Shown here: positions 38,876 through 50,385 of the stretch, in pieces
Numbering within the stretch: the stretch's first letter is position 1
How the letters are laid out: every line of letters starts with the position of its first letter
Assembly (NCBI GenBank): GCA_002633005.1
Contig: NMRA01000246.1
Location: 425,856-489,855 of the forward strand
DNA from: Phoronis australis
Taxonomy: Eukaryota > Animalia > Phoronida
Reading direction: 5' to 3'
Length of the DNA: 64,000 bases
Translations under genes and position numbers: made by a program
The notes under the pieces: model-generated
Told to the model about the DNA's origin: nothing
Databases searched by the model: none
What the model saw: only the letters and a program-made list of their open reading frames with translations

Positions 38876-41800
38876 ATGGCTTCTACTGATGAACTGGCTT
38901 GCACTTATGCCGCGCTCATTTTGGCTGACGACGATATTGCCATTACCGTAAGTTAACATGTTCTCTCATTTTCTGTTGCTGTGTTGGTGATGTAAAGATA
39001 GTTGATACTGTACACTGCTGACTTGGGGTAGGGTGACCTTCGTGTGCATCTAACCAAACCATAGTTCTCGCTGGGAACTACCAATTTATTTTGAGTGAAA
39101 TAATCACAGAAAGCCCTGTTACTAACCTTGGCCTAGTCTTATTGGGCCTTTCACTATTCAGTTAAGGCTAAATGTCCCTTGCATTCCACAGGCGTCCTTA
39201 ACTTCCGATCATCCTCAATACACACTATACGATACCACAGGCATCCTCAGCTTCTGATCGTCCCCAACACACTATATAATACTACAACAAGGTATGACAC
39301 GCTGCCTCTGAACTTGAAATTCCACTTCATCCGTCCATAGCAAACACAAAACTCAGTAAATTTACACAAAACAGACGTTCAACAAACCATGAGGAATTTT
39401 TCTTACTCCCAATACCATTTACGGTGTCGTGCTTCACTGAGTTCGCAAGAAATTCGCGGTCAAAGCACAAAAATCTTCCCAAAAAGCCTGTCCGGAGCAA
39501 CTGCTTGGTGCCGCGAAGGTCAAGGATAATACGGAATTATCCGATGAGTTACGGATGAATGGCAGTTGCTGATCTGTCACGGAAAATTATGAAATCGAGA
39601 CAAATCAGCTACTGCCGTTCATCCGTAACTCATGGTCTCCAGACTTATTTTTTCGCGGAAATGCGGATTTCCGCTTTTTTTCAAATGTGCTTTCCGCTTT
39701 TTTATAATATTTCCGCGTAAAAAGTCAGATTTGATGTAAAATTTCTGCGGCAAATTCCTTTCTTACCGCGGCGTTGCAGACGACGTTCACCTTGAAAAGC
39801 GGAAGTTGGTCTTTATGTTTCGGAGGAACGTAAATTGTCAACATTGCCAGGGCATCTGGGACAGCGTGGTGGGATTTTCAATGGCGTCTCGTGTTGTTAA
39901 GCGCGGCGACAAATACTACCGCTCTGCAGCCAAAAATGTGTGGGTTGGGAGTGGACGGGCGAGCTGAAAGGATGCAGACGCATGCTACTGATGGTGGTAA
40001 CGATTTTTGTCGGGGAAAGGTTCACATTGACCATTTCAAGGCTGGTTATCGGGCAGGATTTGGGCCGTAAAAGTTTCAAAGTTTCCGCGTTTTTTGTCAT
40101 TGGTCATTCCAAGGCCTGGTTAATTATATCTCCATGGGCATATATGCATGTTTCATTTGATTTTATTTACTGTAACTTTTTGTGGGGATGTACTATCACC
40201 CCTGGAGACCGCAGGCATACAGATGTAATTGCCTAAGGGCTGTTCCAGTAAAATCCGTGTGGGAGGGAGGGGGGGACGGCAGTAGAAATAAAAATTCATG
40301 GGTGGTGGTCTTCAGAAAAAATCTCAAATTATGGGTGGTCGTTCCTGTAAGAAGTGATGCATTAAAAATGGGTGGTATTTTTTGACCTGTTAATGTCGAC
40401 AGGTTGGTTACTTCAGCCGAACACATCTCCAAAGAAATCAAAACTCAATAAAATGCAATTGGCTAATATCCTAACTTATCCCAATACAAAAAAGCCCATA
40501 TTGCCAGTGAACAGAGTGCAATATGTTCACCAAGCCATTAATCAAGTCATGGGCAACTTGGTTTGAGCCAATTGTTTGTCTGCAGTCCTATTGAATTGAA
40601 AAGTTATGCAACACTAAACTGGTGTTAACACATATAAGAAAACTTATGATTTTTAAATAAAAAGTCTGAGGAGTAAGATGAACAAGTTCCAATATTCACT
40701 TGACATAGAAGTATAAAAGAGTTCGTGGAGACAGTTTGAGATTCATAGATCCTTATAATTGAAAAAATGTTCATTGAAATTATAGACACATGGTGAACAG
40801 AGACACCTGGTGGCTGCCAAAAGTTTTGCTCACAGGCTACTTTAGTTTTTGACAATATTGGAAAAGACAACTAGTTCTTGTCTGTCAATCATCTAAGTTC
40901 TTAATAGGTCCTCCTGGAGGCAATTTTTTGCAAGTGTTGGATTTTATATTTTAACCTATTAAAAATAATTAAAAAATTATGGGTCATGGGTTGGAGAAAT
41001 AAATGAAAAATATGGGCGGTGGGTACGAAATAAAAGTGCCTTCCCCCCCTCCCATACAGATTTTGCTGGAACAGCCCTAAGTCCGATTTGGCGAGTACCA
41101 GCTCGCATTTTACGAGCTGAAATTGCCATTGGCGACCTAAGATCGAGGCTTACTCGCCAAACGTGACGTCATTTAGAACACTTGCAAAACTGATCAACTA
41201 ACCAACACTCAGTAACAGAACAGCAACAAAGAACAATTGCTCACGGTTTGTTCCAAAAGAACTCATTTGCAATAAATATACCAACCACCAAGTGGTCTTC
41301 TTAAGTTGTGATTAGGCAAAGTATTTCAACATACTTTGCCAACTTGAACAAAAGTGCTGCTTTCACTCCTACTGAATACAAAATGATTTATTGCTTGAAC
41401 AGTCCTGATAAAATTGTTTTTGTTTTGTAGGCAGACAAACTATCCAAAATCTTGGGCGCTGCTGGCGTATCTGTTGAACCCTTCTGGCCAGGTAAGTATT
41501 ACTAGTGCTTTTCACTTGATGGAGTAGTATTTGACTTTGCTGTGATTTCCTTATCTGTCAATCACATTTTCAACTTGAAATGGTCAGTTTCTATTAAGGA
41601 AATAGTGGATTCAACACATTGTATGCCACCATGAATTTGAATGAAGTATGCCTTGAACTAACATCCAAGTACTTTTAATTTTAGCTTTATCAGCATTATT
41701 GTGTTGCGAAGCTGGTGTACACAGGCCTCTCCAAATAGACTGTGTTGTTAAATTGACCTATCTCAAGCTCTGCCCCCTTGCGAAAAGTTGACAACCAAAC

Positions 41801-44153
41801 AACAAGGTATCAGAACACAAGTATGAGCTAAATGTTACATGTGATATTAAACTTTCAGGTCTGTTTGCCAAGGCTCTCTCTAACCTCAAGGTAAAGGATC
41901 TGCTCACCAGTGTTGGTTCGGGTGTTGGTGCTGCCCCTGCAGCTGGAGGTGCCCCAGGTGGTGATGCCCCTGCTGCAGCTAAAGGTTTGTACCTTCATGG
42001 GTGTCTTGCCATTGGTAACTGTGGTTTGCAGTGGGGAGTCTTTCTCCACAGCTGTCCATTCCTCACCCAAAAACAAAAACGGGTCGAAAAATCGGGACCA
42101 AATTTTCATTTAGACCACTTTATGTTTGAAAATCAGTTTCTTTTTTCCTTGCTCAAAGTTTGAAAAGAACGAGCAGATGGCACCCATTACGTCGTCGTAG
42201 TAGGTTGGATTGTTTTACCAAGGCCACATGGCCATCAAGGTAATTCAACTCAATGTTGTGAGTAATTTCAACTCGAGCAAAGGATAAAAACAATGACCTT
42301 GCTTTGCTAGAAAAAGTAGTCCTTTGAAGAAAGTAGTTTTTTTACGCCAGTGCATGCTTTATGTATTAAAATGTTGATTTTATTTTGGTAGAGTTGTGTA
42401 TTTTCAGAAAGTAGGACGTGTGTAGAATCTGATGTTTTACCAAACTGCCATTATTAGGTCACGTGATCATGTCTTATTAAGTTAGCAAAAGAAAAAAGTA
42501 ACAAGTATTGAAAAACAATAGTATCAATGATGTGACCAAATTTCATTTGATATAAGTGTTCATAAAGTTCAAAAACCTTATTACACTTTTCTGAATTTTA
42601 TTATTCTACTTAATTTTTTTTTTTTGAAATTCATCAGTGTCTTTGCTCCTCATGCTAAATTGGGACACTTTAAAACGTCTTAAAGAGGCCTGGAACGGAA
42701 TAAAGAGACAAAATTGCAATATTGAAAGTGGTTCTCTGCCACTGAAACAGAATTCATCCTGCTCACCAGGTATTTTAAGGATGGATCGGCCAATTTTTGA
42801 GGTATGGTGTTCCAAAATTAGCCAATGTTGGACACTTCTGGGGTCCCGCGTTACCTTGATCAAGGTTTCTGATTTACTAAACACTAATAGGTGTTTGAAC
42901 TTGTTCCAAACTTATGAGAGTTAATGCAGAAAAACATTTACTTTTTCTAGAAAAGTTTTACAAAAAAAAATCTCATGTGCCATACTGTGTGTGAAATAGC
43001 TGAGGATTGCATGCAGTCAGTGATTAAGTTAAAATGCATTAATGTCTCTCGGGTATATGTTGGACACTGTAATGCATTTGCCTCGTGGGGTTATCGGCAC
43101 TGCTTTTCTCTGCTTACAGAGGAAAAGGAGGAGGCTAAGAAGGAAGAGTCAGAAGAGTCTGATGATGACATGGGATTCGGTAAGTTTTATTTCTCTTCGT
43201 GCTATTGGATCTATTGTTGCAAACAATAGGGCAAAGTATTGTTAGCGTGTACAGTAAAACTCGTGTAATAAGTGCATCTTGAGTGGAAAACTATGGCATG
43301 GCACTGGGTTCTGAATTTAGTAAAGATTCGACTTGTAACACTTGTATTGACAGACTTTAAGGTGGAATCCAACTTGTCTCAAGGACCAAGTGCCCAAACT
43401 AAAACCACTGTTATGTTGTACTTAGTGTGAGTAAAAGGGAAATCTGACTTATCCATCTCCAACTTGAGTTCCATTGTACTTTTATGCAAGTTGGTGGAAA
43501 TGCTGTCTATATTTAGCTTGACATTTAGTCTATGATTTTTCATAGCAAGAATTTCTGATAGTAAGCATTATGGCATATATTCGGAGAGCATCGTTTGAAA
43601 TACAAGGTGACCCAGGGCCATTGTTTTTGCCCACAGGCCAGTAACTTTGAGATATAGGCCCCTATGTGGATGTGGTCTCATTCAATTAGTTCAAAAAAAG
43701 GTCTATTGACTAATTTTGTTTGCCTCTCACTCTTGAATGCAAAGTAAATAATGTTCATTGAGTGTGAATGGAAAAGATTGAGAAAAACATGGTTTGGATG
43801 TTAAAAGCTTGGCCAGCAACTTGCAGTTAGGCCAGTAACTTTTCAGATTAACTGGCATGACGGGCCAGCTTATTTATTTGCTGAAGTTCGAACACTGTCG
43901 GAAAATGGCATGATTTTACCTTTCTTGTGGAAATCCCACATGTTACATAAAACTTAATTGTGGCTCTGAGTGTAGGCCTATTGTGGTGCCCCCTGTTGGT
44001 TGGTGAAATACATGTACCCCTTCTATCCCCAGAGGTGTTGTTTTGAGAGATATTGAGAAACATGTTAACAGTCCTCATAGAAATGATTAAGGCTGCATAT
44101 AACCTTTTCTTGGATTAATTTTTTTTCTTTTAATTTCAGGTCTGTTTGACTAA
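38876..44153 (+). CDS. RPLP1: 60S acidic ribosomal protein P1, 5 exons, 110 aa
   Basis: Exons 38876-38947, 41431-41491, 41859-41984, 43120-43179, 44140-44153 (333 nt) give [51 protein letters not shown]...EESEESDDDMGFGLFD*. Confidence 0.97.
39186..39285. repeat. Diverged tandem duplication of ~49 bp
   Basis: CCACAGGCGTCCTTAACTTCCGATCATCCTCAATACACACTATACGATA followed by CCACAGGCATCCTCAGCTTCTGATCGTCCCCAACACACTATATAATA. Confidence 0.75.
39544..39633. repeat. Inverted repeat with 35 bp arms and a 20 nt loop
   Basis: ATGAGTTACGGATGAATGGCAGTTGCTGATCTGTC versus GACAAATCAGCTACTGCCGTTCATCCGTAACTCAT, 3 differences. Confidence 0.9.
39645..40085 (+). repeat. Dispersed repeat, copy 1 (second copy at ~50000-50385)
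   Basis: Shared colinear blocks TTTTTCGCGGAA..GCGGATTTC.GCTTTTTT, GAAAAGCGGAA, TCAATGGCGTCT and CTGC(A/G)GCCAAAAA. Confidence 0.65.
40113..40233 (+). repeat. Dispersed repeat with an inverted copy at ~57756-57898
   Basis: GTTAATTATATCTCCATGGGCATATATGCATGTTTCATTTGATTTTATTT..GTAACTTTTTGT..GATGTAATTGCC matches the reverse complement of 57756-57898. Confidence 0.75.
40237..41077. mobile_element. PIF/Harbinger-like MITE (841 bp) in RPLP1 intron 1
   Basis: TAA|GGGCTGTTCCAGTAAAATCCGTGTGGGAGGG ... CCCTCCCATACAGATTTTGCTGGAACAGCCC|TAA: ~30 bp TIRs, GGG termini and a TAA target-site duplication. Confidence 0.8.
43252..43476. mobile_element. pogo/Tigger-like MITE in RPLP1 intron 4
   Basis: TA|CAGTAAAACTC ... 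GAGTTCCATTG|TA, imperfect TIRs with a TA duplication. Confidence 0.5.
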
Positions 44154-44220
44154 GGTGCAGGACATTCTGAAGTCTTGGATATCATGAAATTGCCGTGGGA
44201 CATCTGTACAGTTAAGAGCT

Positions 44221-44226
44221 AATAAA
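44221..44226 (+). terminator. RPLP1 polyadenylation signal
   Basis: AATAAA 67 nt after the RPLP1 stop codon. Confidence 0.75.
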
Positions 44227-46071
44227 GATCTTGCTCGTATACAAATCTTTACATTGTTACTTCTCTCACATGACTTTTGACACAGATAGGCCTGTTAAAA
44301 TATATACATATACATCATAATCTCCTGGAAACAAGGCCACCCCCACTATAAATGTGCCTGCTAGAGCATGGCGCCTAGTTGTCAGTAATCCCCTTTGGTT
44401 TGCTACTTGTGGGCATTTATACTTGTAGGGTACCATAAATATGAATGTCAAGCACAAGCTTTCCAGTCTCGCTGTGTCCCAACATCACAAATACCCAGAA
44501 TACCTTGCTGCGAACCTCGCCAACATGACCAACAGCACACTTGGGCGGTTAATATAAGCAACGTGCTCTGTCCAAAAAGGAAAATTTTGATCTGTATGAT
44601 TTCAGGGTTGCAAAGGACAAACAGTTCGGTACTCGTTGAGAACTCACTCGTAGGATAACGTGATATTCCGTGACGAGCCAGCTGGTAGATCTCAAGCAAA
44701 AATGAACAGTCATTTTTCTTAGCCTAGGGACCATCTCCAACTGAGCAAGGAAATTTTTGAAACGAAATTCATAACGGTGTCTGAGATGGAAGTTGTTTTT
44801 GTGATGGAAGACCGATTTATATTTTTATACATTTAACTGGAATTAAGAATTGGACAATTTATACAAGATAAAGATATTTCCTTCCATCCACGGATTCATG
44901 TTTTGTAAAGCACGCGTCTCTTTCAATGATCCTTTTTTTCATCTGAAGTATCTTGGTATGAAACAATTAACTTCAAGTACAACTAACGAACGAAGCAGGT
45001 TGCAAAATTTGATCAACTGTTGATAAATGCGAGATATTCAACCATTGTGAACCAGTACGCTTACTATGAGTGTTATCCGTACTGCTCTACACCAGAGTAA
45101 AGAACACCTGTATTCACTAGCGTGAAAGAGTTCATAACATACAGCCACAAACTCCCGAAACATCTGGCAAGACTGGGGATTCACTCTGATACTTTTCTCG
45201 TGAGTTTTAAATCGGGTGTTTTGTGGAATGGACCAGACCTATGTGGCCTGCGCACATCCGATGCTATTAAGGTATCGAACCGCCTGCAATGTTTTATTCT
45301 GGCAAAACCTATTTTTAAAAAGCGTCTTACACGTAATTTATCCTGGGAGCATTTTTATCCAGTTGACCCAATTTTCTTGACCCAGGTTAAATCTAAAGAT
45401 GGTCGGTTGTTCGTAGCCAAAGCTACAAGTGCAACCCGGCCTTAAAAGTGTTCGGCTGTCAATATTTTTTTTTAAATTCTCAACCGATGGGCTTTGTGCA
45501 TAAAATAATTGCCAAGCTTATAGGAATCTTGAATGTTTGGTCAATTAGCCGGCCGGGGAATTCAAGTCGGTACCTGGCAACTAATGCGTGCATGAAGTAT
45601 TCCCGCAATTTTATGATTGGCGAACGTCGACAAACTCTGTACAGGTATAGGTTTCTCGAGTCGTTAATAGTTACGATTTTTTGTTGGTAACAGAAATGAA
45701 GTCCTAACATGGTTAGGAAATTTTGAATTCTAAGAGACAAAGGCCTCATTCCATTTTGGCTTCAGTGAAGGCGAAATGGATCGGCTTTGTTGGTAGGATT
45801 TAAAAACTTAGTGGAGTGTGTATTTCAAGCAATGTCGTTTTAAACAGTTGATATATGCTCAGAGCCACTTATCTCCGAAAAGCACGTTAATTCCAGTGGA
45901 GGTCAGTTGCAATCCAATTTCTGCAACCTCACGTCACCGAGCTATCCAAAGTTTTACAGGAACAACCGTTGTTTTCCTTACCGATCTTAGCTCCTCATTA
46001 CTTCAAGCACCAACGTCTTTCAATGCCACAGCGGCGAAAAGTCAAGACAGTGTCTTCACTTATAGACCAAG

Positions 46072-49000
46072 AAGTTTAATTCCCACCTTGCGCGCGCTCT
46101 GATCTGATGTCCTCTCATAATGTAATCTCTACAGTCTTCCAAATCCCTCATTTTTTGTTCTAAAATAGTATCGAATAAGCCAGATGTAGATTCGTCTGCT
46201 AATTTTACAAGATAAGATATTTGATTTTCAAGAAACTTTACTTTTTTCCGTGTTTCAGATTGTTTCTTTTTAGAATACAATATAGTTTGGGATCTGATCC
46301 TCAATAACCTTCAAAATATTTTGCCAATTTGGAAAAAAGAAATTATGTTAATAAAAATGTTACTAAATTAGTTATAGACACTCACAACAATACTGCAATC
46401 ACCGAGCAAAGTGCACTTCTACATAACATTCGCGATTTTTATAAATCTCTCTATGCATGTAAAGATAATCTCCTTGATGACGTTAATTTGAACGCTCTGT
46501 TCCCGCCGTCACTACATGTTCCGCGATTAACCAATGACGATAGTAAGCGTTTAGACGGCGAGATCACAGTGTCCGAAGCACTCAATGTGATCAAATTGAT
46601 GAAAAACGATAAGTCCCCTGGCCCTGGTGGTTTTAGTGTGGAATTCTTTAATTTTTTTGGAATGATTTACCTGTATTTTTTGGTTAATTCATTTAATAAC
46701 AGTTTTGCTCGTGGTTCCATGCCCCCAAGTCAAATTCAGAGCGTGATCACTATTATTCCAAAAGGTAAAAAGCCGCGTGAATTCTTGAGCAATTGGCGCC
46801 CCATTTCTCTCTTAAATACAAGTTATAAAGTTTTATCGGGTTGTATTGCACATCGTATTGAAAGCGTCATTACCAAAATCATTCATGAAAATCAGAAAGG
46901 CTTTATCAAGGGGAGGTTTATTGGTGAAAATATTAGAACCGTCTAATTGCTCAGAAGAATATGACATACCCGGTCTGATAGTTCAAATTGACTTTGAGAA
47001 AGCCTTCGATTCCATTTCGTGGAAAATGATCTACAAAACCCTACCTTTTTTCAACTTTGGTAAAAACCTCATTGATTGGGTGCGCTTACTAAATTCAAAC
47101 GCTACACTTTGTGTGATCCAGCACGGCATAACTTCAGAATACTTCAAAATTGGTCGCGGATGTAAACAAAGTGATCCTGTGTCCCCCTATCTTTTTATCA
47201 TTAATTTTGTGTTGAAATAATGGCCATCATGTTTCGTGAAAATAAAAATATAAAAGGTATTGACATCCCAGATGCAATATGCAGATGACACGGCTTTGTT
47301 TTTAGATGGTACAACAGAATCCTTAAAATACTCGCTTGATCTCCTGGACCAATTTCACAAATTAGCTGGTCTGAGACCAAATGTAGAAAAAACTCATTGT
47401 ATTTGGATAGGTCGGATGAAGGGAAGTGAATTGCGCTTGTGTCCAGAATTAAATTTATCTTGGCAAAAACAAAAATTCTCAATTCTGGGAGTCACATTTA
47501 GCACAAATTTATCAGAAATTCCAGACTTAATTTACAATGTCAAAATACAAGAGATTTACAGAGATTTGACTTATTGGTCCAGGAGATCGCTCACTTCGCT
47601 AGGAAAAATAACCGTAGTTAAATCGTTTGTTTTGCCTAAATTAACGCACCTCTTGTTGTCATTACCTTCTCCATCAGACAAAGTTGTTGACTCTTTAGAA
47701 AAACATGTTTTTAAATTTATTTGGCAAAACAAAAATGACAGGATAGGTAGAAATATTATTATCCAAGGTTTTTCCAACGGAGGCTGTAAAATGGTCCATT
47801 TAAAAAGTTATATTAAGTCGTTAAAATTTACATGGTTCGTGAGACTTGTGATGGCCAATCAATCTTCCTGGAAATTGATTGTTATGAAAAACCGTTTTTT
47901 AGCTGGAAAAAACCTTCTTCATGTTGGGGCCAAATTTTATAGTCAATGCCCGGGAATTTTTAAGAATGTCTTTTGGAAAGAAGTATTTTTAGTTGTTGGG
48001 GAAGTACTCTCTAGTATCTCAGATTATCACATTAAAGAGGAATTTTATTACGAACCACTCTGGTATAATTAACATATTTTGATTGATAAAAAGTCTGTTT
48101 TCTACAATGACTGGTATAAAAGAGGGATAATTTTTATCCACGATTTGTTGAACCATAATGGTTATTTTATGTCTTACCAATGTTTTTGTGAAAGATACAG
48201 GTTTTCTCCATCATTTACATCTTTTTGGGGTATTCGAAGTGCAATTTGTCAAACTATTTGACATTGATTTCTCAAATTAGGCCATGTAGTGAAATTGAGA
48301 TAACCTTGCCTTTTTGCACAACATTTAATTCTATTCTTATATCGAGACAAAAAGTCAATAAACAAAATTATACCCACTTGATACAAAAACTATATAAAAA
48401 ACCCAAATTTGAGGAAAATTGGGAAAAACAGTTGAATACCGTAATTCCCCGTGAGTGGTGGAGAAAAGCTTATTCTTATTCTATCAACTTTTCTTGTGAT
48501 GTCCAGCTTAAATGGTTTTAAATACGTTTAACTCACAGACTACTCGGAACCAATAAGTTTTTGAGTAAGATTGGTGTTAGAAATTCAGATAGTTGTACTT
48601 TTTGTAATTCTCATTCTGAAGACCTTTTTCACTTGTATTGGTCTTGTTTACGTGTCCAAAGTTTTTGGAAAACTGTTGAAAACTGGATAAAAAACCTCTG
48701 CTGAATTGATATGAAACTTGATCATTTTGACGTAATTTTTGGCTCCTTTAATGGACCAAAAATCATAAATCTACTTTTATGTTTAGGCGAGTACCACATA
48801 CACAAGCGAAGACTTCAGAATGTAGAACCATGTTTTGCACTTTTTAAACATTTTGTTTTTGATTACTACAAAGTAGAAAAGGTTATGTACTATAACCAGT
48901 GCAGGTATCTCGACTTCGAGGAACGCTGGGCCCCTCTAGCACCTTTATTTTAATTTATACTACATACAACCAATGGCCCCCTGTGTATAAATGTGAGCGT

Positions 49001-49090
49001 GACTGTGCGCGCGAATGTTTATACTGTTTGGCTTTATTGTATTTGCATTACAATAACAATAAAACTTTTTCAAAAAAAAAGTTTAATTCC
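46072..49090 (+). mobile_element. 5'-truncated, 5'-inverted L1/Tx1-clade LINE with poly(A) tail and target-site duplication
   Basis: RT motifs KSPGPGGF, NWRPISLLNTSYKVL, IDFEKAFDSI, GCKQSDPVSPYLF, QYADD, plus a C-terminal CTFC..HL zinc region, with several frameshifts and deletions. Inverted ORF2 piece at 46084-46304. AATAAA at 49058-49063, A9 tail, and TSD AAGTTTAATTCC at 46072-46083 and 49079-49090. Confidence 0.92.
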
Positions 49091-49999
49091 TCGTAAAAGT
49101 TACCTTGTAGAAATTTTTGCGATTGCGATTGTTTTTAAATCTTTCCAAGATTTTCCCGAATCGGAATATTCCGATTTGGGCCGAATTCCAATACGGGCCG
49201 GAACAGATGAGGTTCCGAAAACCGTTTGAATGAGTTGGTCATATGGTGTCGGTGAGCTAACTGAACAATAATGGAAACGACTGACGCTTGCGTTTGCTGC
49301 CACGAAATTCCGCAGGTGAAACGCTTTCTTGAAGAAGCGCAGATATATGTCTCACGGACCATCCTGTCAGTTTTGCACCGCGGCATCTAAACAGAGGTGT
49401 GCTTACGACGCTTTTTCAGAGGGCGTTGAGAAAAAGAACTGGCGAAAACATCCTACACCCAAAGGACCAAACAGAAGCCTTACGCGAACGGCAGTCATCA
49501 AAAAGGTTTTATAAAACGTCATGTTCTTACGCCTTGAATTAATTGTAATTGTTTATGTTTTCTGATGGCCAACTACAATTCTCCATAATCAAAAATTGGT
49601 CGAAATTGACGAAATGTCAGGCCACTACTGACACTAGACACGGCGAAATTTCATGCCTTCCGTAGGAGTACTTTTCCTTCTTCACAACCGCGAGCCACTG
49701 ACTTCCGAAGCATTATGGGCTTTCGAGGAAATCGGAAAAATCCTGTATCCGCTTTCCTCGCAGCTTCATAGTTCGCACAAGCGGGAACAGGCGATACACC
49801 ACACCATAGCGGCACTCAAACGTCGCTGCCGGCGTCGTTTGTCACCTTCCTCACAGGTTAACGCGACACCTCTCGGCGAGATAAGATCGGCCGTATAAGA
49901 GGTGATGTGGATATACACCAATTAGACGGTAAAAAAATCGGGTGGCATTCTCCTTTAGACTACAGCCATCACGAGTCAAGTTCATGGATTCAAGGCTTG

Positions 50000-50385
50000 C
50001 ATTTTTTCGCGGAAGCGCGGATTTCTGCTTTTTTTCTCGTGTTCCCTTCCCCCCTTTTTGTTATATCTCCGCGGTAAAAATCGGGTTTGCCAAACGAAAT
50101 TTCCTCGGCAAATTACTTCAAACCGGCGACTCGAAAAGCGGAAACTGCTCTTTGTATGTCATGGAGAAACGAAAATCGTAATTACCGTGGACCTGGGATA
50201 GCGCGGTTCGTCAATGGCGTCTGCATAATTGTGGTATTAAATCGCGATGACAAAGAGTGCGATTCTGCGGCCAAAAAGAGAGGAGCTTGGACTAGACAGA
50301 ATATTTCGTGAAAGAAGTGGATAAAAGAAACTGTCACTGTGTTCGCAAACAACAAAAATCAGGGTTTGCGCTCTGAAAACTTTGA
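50000..50385 (+). repeat. Dispersed repeat, copy 2 (see 39645-40085)
   Basis: Same colinear motif blocks as copy 1. Confidence 0.6.

Noticed and set aside
42527-42594. Box C/D snoRNA candidate (ATGATGT...CTGA) in RPLP1 intron 3
   Set aside because: Imperfect C box, no terminal stem, and no rRNA complementarity that I recognise.
41853-44148. Identical TTTCAG|GTCTGTTTG acceptors at RPLP1 exons 3 and 5
   Set aside because: Both encode conserved G-L-F after a consensus acceptor, so the match is probably coincidental.
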